DNA from: Podarcis filfolensis
Lineage: Eukaryota
Strand: one strand, 5' to 3'
Assembly: GCA_964270895.1 (NCBI GenBank)
Contig: OZ185446.1
Length of the DNA: 64,000 nt
The notes under the pieces: generated by a model
Database searches by the model: none
Told to the model about the DNA's origin: nothing
What the model saw: the letters and a program-made list of their open reading frames with translations, nothing else
Program-made: the position numbers and the translations under genes
Shown: piece after piece, positions 35,099 through 47,182 of the stretch
Layout of the letters: every line of letters starts with the position of its first letter
Numbering within the stretch: position 1 is the stretch's first letter

Positions 35099-38000
35099 TG
35101 CTGTTGCAGTCATGGCCTACAACCACCAGCCACATTTCAGGTGACTGAATGAAAGAATTATTGCCTTCTTAAATCCCTCTTTGTTTTTTTAGGTCACTCA
35201 CTTGTCAGTTCTTGGGTATTAACGTCCATGTGCCCACATGGGGTGTTTACAACCTTGTAGCTTAGACGCGAACGACGTCACGGAGGCACTTCAAAGCATG
35301 CCTCCATTCTCTTAAGATGAAAAATGTTAGCTGTAATTCCTGGAGAGAGAGAAGGGTGGGTGAGGGGGAATAGTTCCTCATAATCATGTCACTACAGGAC
35401 GCTGGGTAATGCCTAATATATTAATGCAAACCTTTTGTAAGCACAAAGCTCCTGAGGCTTTGGATTTCTCGTTAGGTATTTCAGAGTTATTATATTTTGT
35501 GTGTGACTGGACAAGTTGGAAACGGAGGGAGTCGAGAGAGGTTGAAGTTCCACAGCAACCTAATGAAAACCTAATAAAAAAAGCTACAGTTGCTCCTTCA
35601 GCCAAGGTCACCAAGGGAGTATGCCATGTTCTGTGTCATTTCTGCAGCAAGCTCACCTCTCCCTACTCAAAAAATAAATATCCACCAAAAAGAAAAGGCC
35701 AGATGTCAGCAATATGGCTCTTTGTTTCTGAATCCAGCTTTGATCTGAACAGCATTTTCCAACCTTCTAAATATAGAACATCGCCATTGTCAGGGTTTTA
35801 AATTAAAATAAGAACTGGGATTGAATCCAGTGTTTTGGGCAGTGCGCACGAGAATATGGGAATCAGGAATCGAGGACAAGGGCATGTCAGTATAAGAGCC
35901 GTCAATGGGCAGCTCAATACTAAGCCAGAAATGGGGTGAAGCCCCCAAGAAAAAGTAAGAACCACGAGACACAAGGTTCTAGGTGTCTGAAGTGGCTTGG
36001 ACTGTGCCACTTATGTTTTCTCAGTGCTTGAGTTGCTAATGCGACAGCTGTAGGCACCATAGTGACTTAAGACTCTGCATCTCTAGGTTTTATTTCAAAT
36101 TGAGCAAGGTGTTTTGGGGGGGAGTTGGTTGGGAAGGGGTTGCCTGGTTTGGGGGTGTCTCCTGCCTTTTTTTTTGGTCTGTATTTGTTTTGGGAGGAAG
36201 ATGTAGATCTTTGGCTTGTTTGGTGGTGGTGGTGATGTCTCAGAATCACCAGTGTTCCTTCTGTGACTTGAGCATTGTGCAGTGCCCACAACAGTTCCTT
36301 AGAGTTCCGCCAAAACTTGGGGGTTTCCAGCCCATCTGCAAGACAAATGGTTGGGGGAACGGCACAGGCTCAGAAGTGATGCAGGGCAGCCTAGATGGGC
36401 TCAGTACAGATAGCCAATGCAGACGCAGCTTTGAGCATGTTGTTCAGGCTTTCAGCCCATAATTCTGCAGTTGTTTGCAGCTCTGAAAGCTCTTACACCA
36501 CAGCTCCTCCTTTCCTCCTTTCATAACAGATTTCTAAGAGTGCCACATAGGGAAGCCCACTCCCTTTTATATTTCAACTCGTGAGCAGTTATCTCTCAGG
36601 AACTTCCAGATCTGTAGTTATTCTGGGGTATGAAAAAGTTAAGGGCAACAAATCCTCGTAAACGCTGCGTGGTTGGAATTTAGCTATGACTATAGCCAAG
36701 AACAGGCCTTTGAATCTTGCTGTGAAACTCCACTGAAGCCTTTTGCCCAGCCCTAAAATTCTTGCACGGCTGTGGAGTTCCTGACAGCTCTCCACATTGC
36801 CAAAGCCCCTTCTGCCAGCTCTCAACATGCCCGGGCCCAGCACACAATACGCTTTCCCCAGGTCTACAAAGAAAATTCTTCTAAAGACTGATAGGAGAGT
36901 AGAGATGGGTAAACTTGCCCCAGTCAACCTTGGATTAATTTAGTAATGCATGGAAATCATCATCATTATCATCCGCCCAGCTAATCTGAACTAGGAAAAC
37001 AGACTCCTCCTCCTGACTGGTCTTCTCTGATTCCTAAAGTGTCTTCTCCAGGTGGAACCTGCGGAACATTAACTCCAACTCCCATCAGTCTCAGCCAGAA
37101 TAGACAGTGGTGAGGGATGATGGGTGTTGTAGTCACTGGTTCCCAACCTCTGCTCTCTGGGCTGGTTTGACTATAACACCTAAACAGGAATGGCTAGCCT
37201 GTGGCCATCCAGATGTTGTCCCATCATCTCCAGCCACATGGCCAGTGGTTGGGGATGATTGGAGTCAGAGTCCAACAACATCTGGAGAGCCACAGGTTTC
37301 CTACACCTGCAAGTGGGAAGGTGGTAGCAGGTTGATTCCCCTCAACCTGATGTGATTATAATACAGCATGCTGGGTAAATGGGAAAAAAGACAGAACTAT
37401 GTCTTTCTCTTATGACTGCTAAGATAAACCATTGAGAGGAAGAGAATGTGGGGGTTTTAGAGAGTGGTTGGATGGTGAGTAGAGAACCTGGGAATTCTTT
37501 TCCGGATCAGATTTTAATCTGAATATTTTTTATTTTGAGGGAATAAATCAGTGCTGGACCAAAGCTGCTCTGTCCCAGCCTTTCTGTTTGAAGTGGTGGA
37601 ACTTTTGTGTACTTTCACATGGGAGAATGTAGGTGGGTAGGAGGCATAGCATTATCATATCAAGTGACCAAATATTTTTGCAAGGGGTGTTTCTTTCACT
37701 TAACACATCAAAAAAGAAAAAGAAGAAGAAAAGGAAGAAGATGAAAAAGGTGCCACCAATTGGAGGTGTAGTGAACAGCCCATCTGCTTTCTATCCTCGG
37801 CAGAGCCCAAATGGCACACTGTTGCTTGAAAGAAATATGACTTCTGTCATTGGCATGAACACTTTGAGTGAAGGGCAGGGTTTTAAAAAACGTGGTGATA
37901 CAGAAGACTTAAGAGTGGAAGGTCAAAGTAGAGAGAGTATAAATTTGTCCCCTGTCCTCTTAGCTGAGTAATGCCTCTTCACACAACTAGCACAGCGATA

Positions 38001-38455
38001 CTGAAAGAGGCTTAAGGAAGCTTGGTGGCATAAAGCCTTTCATTCATTGCCTGTGCATTATGTTGTGTGCATATCTGCATGCTTACATGCTGTTACTGTT
38101 ACAGACAATGCTAGCAATTGTCAGAACAGCAGGGAATGAAATTGCCATCTATCTAACCCATACTGTCTTAGCCTCGGGTACTTGTTAGATATGAATTTTG
38201 TGCAGTTGGACGTACCGCAATAAAAATCTTAATGGAATACCCTGGGACAATCTCTTGTAAATAACATACATGGAAGTCACCTTGAGCAAACAAGGCCTTG
38301 CATCATTCTGCATTCAGCAGCTCAAGTGATATTTTATCTTCTTGTATGAGAGGGAGGGGGAGAAATCCCTGCTCTCCTTTAGGCAGGGATCTTGAAGTTA
38401 CCAGCAAAAGTGTTTGCTTTCTCTTAATGATTTATTTATTTACTTTATTTCACAG

Positions 38456-38648
38456 ACAAGGAGCCCAAAGCTATCTCAAAGCCCACAGCCCAATTTGGGA
38501 GATCAGGCCGAATTATCAGAGGCATCTGCTGACTCCCTGGAAATCATGTCTGAAGGAGAATCTCCTTCTCCTTTCTCAAGAGGAAGCCGTACACGAGCAA
38601 GTCTTCCAGTGGTGAGGTCAACAAACCAGACAAAGGAAAGATCACTTG
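38456..38648 (+). CDS. KIAA1217: KIAA1217 (SKT/Etl4) internal coding exon, 193 bp, phase 0 to phase 1
   Basis: Acceptor tttcacag|ACA and donor G|gtaagg. Translates TRSPKLSQSPQPNLGDQAELSEASADSLEIMSEGESPSPFSRGSRTRASLPVVRSTNQTKERSL, matching the recalled human KIAA1217 segment TRSPKLSHSPQP...RGSRTRASLPVVRSTNQTKERSL. Confidence 0.95.
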
Positions 38649-39384
38649 GTAAGGCGCTACCCACATTCTACTGCTGAACTAATGCCAGGTTTTGTTATGC
38701 ATCTAATATTGTATGTTCTCCATGTTTATTTTACTCCCCAAATGTCTTTCAGAGTGAAAAAAAATGGTGAAAAACACAAATGAGAGGAGAGGAAGAACTT
38801 GACTTTTACTTAGCGGGCTGAGACCATGGTCCATCATTGTGTATGAACTCAGAGAACTGTGGCTTGTTCTACCTCCAAGTAATCATAGCAAACCTGGATC
38901 AAACTGCACTTTGATATATTTGTTATCTAACTCTGATTTGAATAAGCTACAGTTCCTTGGGTTTGTAAATGACTGGGAACCGGGCTGTGTTGTAAAGCGG
39001 AAAGGGAAGCTTCTTCTCATGAACAAATGAAGGAAAGGGAGAGTATGCAATCTCAAGATTTGTACAGGCTCCCATAAAACAATCTAAGACAGCCTTCTTA
39101 ATCTAGTACACTCCAGATGTTGTTGGGCTCCACTTCATGTCAGCTGCCGTCAGCTTGGTCAATGGTCAGGAATGATGAAACTTGTCATACAGCATCATCT
39201 GGATGATATAACCTCTACTACTCCTCGTTTAGATGATTGGCTGGATTTGGTTTTACTGATCCAGTGTTTGTTTCTCAGCCTCGGATGGGAATTATTATGG
39301 TCAGCCTCATAGATGAATGAGTAAAGGTTGCAAAGCCATTGTGGGTCACAAATAACTCCCCCAGGCTATATCCAGCCCAGGTGG

Positions 39385-39530
39385 CAGAATGGGTCAGTGT
39401 GTGTGGCTGTTAACCAGAAGGTTAGTGGTTCGAGCCCACCCAGGGTAGAGCTGTGGCCAGGATTCCTGCATTCCAGGGGGTTGGACCAGGTGATCCTTTG
39501 GGTCCCTTCCAACTTACAATTCTGTTATCA
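39385..39530 (+). mobile_element. Short tRNA-like SINE with a CR1-type 3' tail
   Basis: gaaggttagtggttcgagccc (B-box-like) followed by ggggttggaccaggtgatcctttgggtcccttccaacttacaattct, a CR1 3' end motif. A similar tail is at 21075-21125. Confidence 0.6.
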
Positions 39531-39921
39531 AGGTTTCTCCCCTAGAAAGGCTGCTCTATCTTTTTTCTCCTGGAACTGACATGCGGATGAGTCACCACAT
39601 GGTGGCAGTGTGGAGCTGCACAGGTGGGGGCAAAATGCCAGGTGTCCTGTTTGGGCTTGTTACCAGTCCTCTGTTGTCTATGCCTTGCATTCCTTCATAC
39701 CGAGATACAACACTGCTTTTTGTTGGAGTCAATCCATAACTGGTCCATCTACCCCAGTATTGTCTGCTTTGACTGGTCAGGTTCTGAGGCAACTCACTCA
39801 ACCTTACCCAGCTATGCAACTTGAGATCTGAGGAATTAAAGTGGGGGTCATCTGCATACAAAGCATGTCCCCACCATTGGCCTATAGACCAAAAGTGTAT
39901 TTGTATATTTCTACCTGTTCA

Positions 39922-40238
39922 CGGTGGCGCTGTGGGTTAAACCACAGAGCCTAGGACTTGCCGATCAGAAGGTCAGCGGTTCAAATCCCCACGACGGGAT
40001 GAGCTCCCGTTGCTCCTGCCAACCTAGCAGTTCAAAAGCACGTCAAAGTGCAAGTAGATAAATAGGGAAGGTAAACGGCGTTTCTGTGCGCTGCTCTGGT
40101 TCGCCAGAAGCGGCTTAGTCATGCTGGCCACATGACCCAGTATGCCGGCTCCCTCAGCCAATAAAGCGAGATGTGCGCTGCAACCCCAGAGTCGTCCGCA
40201 ACTGGACCTAATGGTCAGGGGTCCCTTTACCTTTACCT
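39922..40238 (+). mobile_element. Sauria SINE, short-form subfamily with small internal deletions
   Basis: Head ggtggcgctgtgggttaaaccacagagcc and (ACCTTT)n tail. TSD tacctgttca at 39912-39921 and 40239-40248. Confidence 0.92.
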
Positions 40239-42123
40239 TACCTGTTCAGGTCTGTGTGACTGTAGAGTTCTTCCTAGCCCCAGTTCCTCAGTGGGAACAA
40301 GATCTCACTTGGAGGCATACTTGACTGCTACCCACTAATATTTCCACACACACTTCTTCTCACAGTCACCATTCTTGCCACACATTGAATGGGCTTGGAG
40401 CAGATTAGTGAATTTCTGTTACCAATTAGCTACACATAGGAATAGGTAGATCTCTCAGTTTTGGTTTCTCATTTTGCTGAACTTAAGTCCAGATCTTCAC
40501 ATTTCCACATCAGCTTGCCATTATATATATATATATTGTCAGCATTTTAGTGCAACTTTATCCTGACACACTTTGGTGTGCAATTTTGCCTAATATGCAC
40601 ATTTCTGCAAAGTAATTTCCTAATGCCGGATTGTATGTTATTTTTACTAACACATGCACTTTTAGGCACACTCGTATATGCACTTTTGCACGCGTTACTT
40701 AGCTGGAAAGTTGCATCGCAAAATTCAGAGAGGACGGATGGCTGTGTTTTAGATGGGGTGTATTCCCCCCCCCCCCGAAAGTGTTGATTAGATAGATTTG
40801 CCTTTAAATGTGAACCAAACCAACATTTCTCCTCCACCCCTAGCTGCACAAGTGAAAGGTAATCTTTCTCAGGAAATACTGCCATAGGACAGGCAAGCTG
40901 TTGCTATATAAGGCAATGAATGCAGATGGTTGAGGAAGGCAAAGGGTTATTGCCATAAAGAAGCTTCTTTTCTGCAGGATCCCATCTCCCAGACTGCAGA
41001 GCAGCATAAAGCAGAACGGCAGCGGGGTCATAAATCATGGGGGCTGTTCATAAACTGAACGTAGTGGTTTATTTATTCTGTTAACAATCCCAGGCCATTT
41101 TTATCAAGAGTGCTTTGATATCTGATACATAATCAGCTAAAAAAAAAAAGTACAAAGAAGTATAAACGAAAGGCGGTTTTAGCTGGTTTCTCTACACCAA
41201 CAGAGACTCAGAATGATTAAAAGGTGGTCTTGCCATATATATTATGGGATGTGGGAGCTGATTGTGTTAATCTGCAGGAACTGTAGCCTGCCTTAGTTAA
41301 TGCAGCAGGTTCTTTTTGGAAATTCTCCGCACAGAAGGGTTCCCCAAAAATCTGTAATGAGAGAACCAACGTTATGCTGTTTTTGCAATGAAAAATGTAG
41401 AACATGCCAATATGACCATGACGACTAGGATTAGGACTAGTACAAATCATCTATAGGGTACCAGATTGGTGGAAGTTGCTTTAGGCGGCACCTCCTGTTT
41501 ATATCCCCTCTCTTCTAAGTCCTCATTTAGGATATATTTCCTCCCTAAGTATGAAAAAAAAAAAAAAAACCCAGACAAACCACTCACTGTGAGCTCAAAT
41601 GCTATGATGTAAAGACCTACATTATGATATTCTGTCAGGGTTATTGTTGTTTGTCATGTCGTATGTGATATGTGGGATCCCTAAGGAATTCACAAATCCC
41701 ACCAACATCTGCTTCCCCCCTTTCCCATTCTGCATGTTTTTAATCGACTTCACTCATAAATCTTGGTGGAGAAGAGAATGGCCATGTGCATGTCTCTCTC
41801 CCCCACCGAAGACAACAGCAGGAGACTCATACCTCAAAGAAAATGCCTCAGTGCCCTTGCAGAACTTGGACAGAGGCAAGAATGGAAAGCCTGGTGTGTG
41901 TACTGGGGGGGGGGCAGTTACGATTACTTTGGCTTGGACCCTAAGATAAGTTAGTTATGATTAAGTTCACGTGAAGGAAGTTTCCTTGTCTTGATTCTTT
42001 ATTTCTCCCAGCATTGCCTGCCATCATTTGTTCTCCCTCACCCCCCCCCAAAAAAAGCTACTCCAGAAGGTTGGAGAGGCATCATGGACAATGTGGGGCA
42101 AGGGAAGTTGTCTGAACATCTAC

Positions 42124-42484
42124 TTAAGGTAAAGGTAAAGGGACCCCTGACCATTAGGTCCAGTCGTGGCCGACTCTGGGATTGTGGAGCTCATCTCGCT
42201 TTATTGGCCGAGGGAGCCGGCGTACAGCTTCTGGGTCATGTGGCCAGCATGACTAAGCCGCTTCTGGCGAACCAGAGCAGCGCACAGAAACGCCGTTTAC
42301 CTTCCCACCAGAGCGGTACCTATTTATCTACTTGCACTTTGATGTGCTTTCGAACTGCTAGGTTGGCAGGAGCAGGGACAGAGCAATGGGAGCTCACCCC
42401 TTTGCGGGGATTCGAACCACCGACCTTCCAATCAGCAAGTCCTAGGCTCTGTGGTTTAACCCACAGCACCACCCGCGTCTCTTT
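42124..42484 (-). mobile_element. Sauria SINE, full length
   Basis: aaggtaaaggtaaagggacccc tail on the + strand and cacagcaccacccgcgtc head. TSD tgaacatctac at 42113-42123 and 42485-42495. Confidence 0.93.
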
Positions 42485-43747
42485 TGAACATCTACCTACT
42501 TTGTGTTTATTCCCTATCTCATTATTCCCCCACCCACCCCATTTCCAGGAGTGGCTTTTTGGTGGGGCACAACTGACAGGCAACGCTATATTATTCAGGC
42601 TCTACCAAAGCATTTATTCCTGACCAAGTAAAATCAAAAGTTCTTTTTGTTAGTTGGAAAAGTTTTATCATTTATACATGATTTTTTTGGTTTCTTGGGG
42701 GGTCGAAGAGGTGCTTTTCTGAAGGAGTAAATGCACGTGTGCTCACTTTTGTGGAATGTTTGTCAGTACATACGTTGTAGAAGCCCACATTTCATTTGCA
42801 GCAGCTTATGAAAGGCAAAGAGACAAGCTTTTCTCTCTCTACGTAATTTTAGAACCTGGCTCATCCAGTGATGATTCTGAGTAGGAGAAGATGAAGGACA
42901 GACCCATGAACCTGCTTCTTGCACATAGTTAAACTCTGCTAAGACAAAATGTGATTGTGACTACCAGTTCAGGGTTTTTTTTTAAAAAAAGGAATTAGAC
43001 AAATTAATGGAAGATAATATTGCCAATGGCTAAGGATGGCTGTATCCTGTCTCCAGGACCAGAATGAATGTGCTCTTACCATCAATCACTGGGGAACAGC
43101 AGAAGAGAGCTATTGTGTTCATGTCCTGCTTGTGGCTTCTCATAGGTATCTGATTGGCCGCTAACAGAAACAGGATAATGGACTAGATAGGCAATCCATG
43201 GGGAGTCTGCCATCCTCCAGGTGTTGCTGTGCTGCACTCGCATCGGCTGTAATGGCTGGGCTGCTGGGAGCTGGAGCCCAGAAACATATTGAGGGTCGCA
43301 AGTTCCCCATCCCTGAGATAGGTCTGATCCTCCCACTGTTTCATTTCTTCATTTCTTCATTCCATCATAATTATGATGTAATGCTCGTTGGGATCAGTCA
43401 AATTTCCTTCCCAAACTGCAGGAGGGTCCATATACTGTAGGAAAGAGAAGCAGATATCCCCCAGAGAGTGGGATCCAAGTATATAAATGTGCAGTTTATC
43501 TATAGTATAACCCTTTATATGACCAATGCCCCATTCACCAAACCTCAAAGGTCAATGCTTATAGGACATTTGCACTATACTGTTTGGCAACTGAGGTTCA
43601 GGGTTAAGTAAGTAGGAAGCTATTAATTTGGCTTAGCATTCCCCCCCCCCTCTGCCATTCCTCATAGGCCCCCAACTTGTTCCAATCTAATAACTGTCTC
43701 ACAATAGCTGTCAAAGGGGTGTTATCCACTTCTCTTTGGGAGGATTC

Positions 43748-43860
43748 AGGTAGGTAGCCGTGTTGGTCTGACACAGTTGAAATATATTAAATTTTTAAAA
43801 AAATTTGGAGCCCAACTAAGTTTGTTCTTGGATATAAGCTTTCGTGTGTATGCACCTTCT
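43748..43860 (-). mobile_element. Degraded third copy of the hammerhead-bearing Penelope-like repeat
   Basis: aggtagccgtgttggtctg...ccaactaagtttgttcttggatataagctttcgtgtgtatgcaccttct aligns to 13285-13400. The CUGA core is lost and stem II is disrupted. Confidence 0.75.
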
Positions 43861-44729
43861 CTTTGGGAGGATATGACTGAACTCTCACTGATGGTATGCA
43901 AACAGGTTTGCACTCAAAAGCGACTAGTGAGACATGCCTTCTGTTAGAAGATTTCTGAAATTTCATCCCTCTATTCTGTAGTTCTTTGCATATTAGAAGA
44001 AAATTATCTGCGCCGAGTTTAGGGAGATAGCTATATTTGATTAGTCGAGAGGGATTCCTCACTCTGAATGGCATTTTCTAGATTATGTAAACAAACAGTT
44101 GATAATTTGGAGATAAAGAATTCCTTCCCTAAATATGTCTATGTAGCATTTGATAAAGCACCAGTGATAAAGTACACAGTGTATACATTTGATCAGTGGC
44201 CCCACTTCTTCCAAGTGATATGGAGTCAGAAGTTGTAATTAAGGGGTGTTTAAATAATAGACAGTGATTTATTAGCTGCATATGGGTTCAAAGACTGTAG
44301 GTTTCACACCATTTCACAGCCACAAACAACATGCCATCATACTCTTAAATTGCCTCGTTAAACATTAATGCTTCTTGAGTGATGCTTTTCTGCGGCATTT
44401 CCACCTTTTCATCGAGCTGCAATACTGTGTGTCAAAATCAACTTTAGAACAAATAATTTTTAAAGTTCAGAATATGGCAGCCCCATTAATGATTGATTGG
44501 TACTTCCTGCCTGGAGAACACCCATTGGTTGTTGTTTTTCTGTATACAGCTAAGGCCTTTGCCTTTGACCGTAAAACTCTATACGGCTTGGAATCCTGGA
44601 TAGCCAAAGGCTCACCAGCTTAGGTATGAATCTACTTACTGTATAGAATCTGTATTGGATGCCCTGCTCCAGGTACTTCTTTCTTCAGAGGCTGGTGAAT
44701 GGTAATAAGGGCTTGCATCCAATGTAGTA

Positions 44730-44959
44730 CAGTCGTACCTTGGATCCCGAACACCTTGGTACTCGGATGTTTTGGCTCCTGAACGCCACAAACCCAGAAG
44801 TGAGTGTTCTGGTTTGTGAACGTTATTTGGAACCCGAACATCCGACGGGGCTTCCACGGCTTCCTGCAGCCGATCAGAAGCTGTGTTTGGGTTTCCGAAT
44901 GTTTTGGAAGTCGAACGGACTTCCGGAAGAGATTCCATTCAACTTCCAAGGTATGACTG
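44730..44959. mobile_element. Tigger-like MITE, family B
   Basis: TIRs cagtcgtaccttgg...ccaaggtatgactg with TA TSD. Internal ccgaac-type repeats. Confidence 0.85.
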
Positions 44960-46662
44960 TACGAAGCAACTTGTTATGTTAGTGCAAGGATATGCACTCC
45001 CCCCCCCCCAAAAAAATGTTCTAGGGATTCCTCCAATTCTCCAGAGCAGATTTGGGGAGGGAGTTGTGGGGCGGGTGGAGGGTGTTGCATCACATAAGCA
45101 TTAATCTTTACACTAACAGAACAAGCATGTTGGATACCACCCAAAACCTTTTTGGCAGTAGCAGGTTAGTTGGGGATCCTGCTCCCCAAATGAAGAACAT
45201 TTGTCTCTGCTGGCTTCATTTCATTATTCCCTGCCTAGTTTTACATTCCATTTTATTCCTGTCTTCCGAGAAATCATACACAAACTTGATAACCCAAGTC
45301 ACTGATAAAAATGTTAGCGTGCCAGGACCAGGATAGGGCCCTGTGGCACCTGACTTGAAACTTCATTCAAGTTTTATGAGGAACAGTCAATGCACACTCT
45401 TTAAATATGGCTTTCCAGCACTTTGCCCATTTGCCAGGATTCCTCAAAGAATATAGACAGAGGTTCTGACTTAGAGTACATCAGCAAGTTACTTTAGTAC
45501 ATCCTCTTGTTGGTTTGGTGGTCTGTAGTAGACTCCAATCAACGTTAGGTTTTCCAATCGCTTCCCAGCCTGTGTCACTTTTGACCTATCCTCCTGAGAC
45601 CATCCATGCTCTTACACAGCTCCCATTCACTTGAACCGTTGCCATAATTTCCTGCAGATTGAACAAGTCTTCATGAAGCTTGCCATGCCCATACCTCTGT
45701 TTTGTCCTTGTGCTTTCCCTTGATTTCTTGATGCATGTAGAAAATGAGTGCAAATATTTGCTGTTCTGGTTAAATACTGTACATTAGAACCTGACTGGCA
45801 AGACTTAAAGAAAACAAAACAAAACAAAAAAACCAGCCCCAAACAATTCACTTCAGTTCCAGATTTGAAACAAAAGGCTCCCAGGAAACTAAATAGCCCA
45901 AAGGTGGCCACATTTCCCTTGTTTTCCTCCTTGTACTGCTGAATAGGATTTTAAAAGGAATATTCCTTATCTTTGCATAAACATTTAGCAGGACAAAAAT
46001 ACTCCCTCTTCGAACTTAATCAGCAAGTATGTTGCTGCCTGCTGGGGTTTTTCCTTTTTTTTTCCTTTTTAAGGTTTATGCTTCATTGATCATGCTTGTG
46101 TCTTTTTCTGGAATGTGTACCCAGGGGAAGCTGAAACACACACCGTCCCAAATAAAGCTGTGTAATCACATTTGTCCCTTCCTTTAATCTGCTCTTCCTT
46201 TGTGTGTAAGCAGATATCTTGAGAATGCACCTGAAAGAAGGCAACAGAGAGAGCCAAAATGCTGTTTAGCATGGCTACCTCAGCAAACATACACCACACA
46301 AGCCGTGCTAATCTCCAAAAACATGATTTGATAGCCTCACTGGCTTCTTATGTTTTATAGGCCAGTATAAAAACGTAATGTAAATTCATGCAACTCTTTC
46401 ATCTGTCATTTGCAGCAGGTACTCATGTTATGTCTCCTTTTGGGAGGGAATTCGCTGTTTTCTACAAAATGGAAATATAGCAATATGGGGAAAAAGAGCT
46501 TGAATTCCAAAATATCTGGCCTGTAATAACTTCAGCCTTTTCTTTCCCCAACCAATCCAATCCTTTCCCATAAAACTGTGGGGCCCCTTCAAGGGTGTTT
46601 CTGATTCCCCACAGGTGCAACTTCAGGATGACACAGCTTCACCTGGCACAGTGAACTAAATA

Positions 46663-46904
46663 CAGTGGTACCTCGGGTTACATACGCTTCAGGTTACATA
46701 CGCTTCAGGTTACAGACTCCGCTAACCCGGAAATAGTACCTTGGGTTAAGAACTTTACCTCAGGATGAGAACAGAAATCGTGCTCCGGCGGCGCAGTGGC
46801 AGCAGGAGGCCCCATTAGCTAAAGTGGTGCTTCAGGTTAAGAACAGTTTCAGGTTAAGTACGGACCTCCAGAACGAATTAAATTCTAAACCCGAGGTACC
46901 ACTG
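46663..46904 (+). mobile_element. Tigger-like MITE, family A, with an extra 16-bp subterminal repeat
   Basis: Same TIRs, TA TSD. gttacatacgcttcag is present twice in tandem. Confidence 0.92.
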
Positions 46905-46997
46905 TAGGTGAAAGGAGTGGAGTGAAAAAGAATGGGCAGAGGGGAAGAGAAAAGAGAAGGGAAATGTGTTCTAGGTTCTCCATTAGCTTTCCTCCAA

Positions 46998-47182
46998 ATA
47001 GGAAGCTGCCTTATACGGAGTGAGATCTTTGGACCATCTAGGTCAGAATTGTCAACACTGCCAGCAGCAGCTCCCCAGGTTTTTCTGGCGAAGGTCCTTC
47101 TGAGCTTTATCTGGAGATTTGAAGGATTGAACCTGCAGCCTTTTGCATGCAGAGCATGTGCTCTGCCATTGAGCTACAGCCC
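46998..47182 (-). mobile_element. tRNA-headed SINE with a LINE-derived tail (family name not verified); related copies near 28440-28560, 31790-31870 and 48960-49120
   Basis: Minus strand reads gggctgtagctcaatggcagagcacatgctctgcatgcaaaaggctgcaggttcaatcc (A- and B-box-like) ... gtataaggcagcttcctat. Confidence 0.7.

Noticed and set aside
41991-42623. 210-aa ORF, and similar ORFs at 4302-4604 and 34749-35042
   Set aside because: These are read-throughs of Sauria SINE sequence with no protein-like features.
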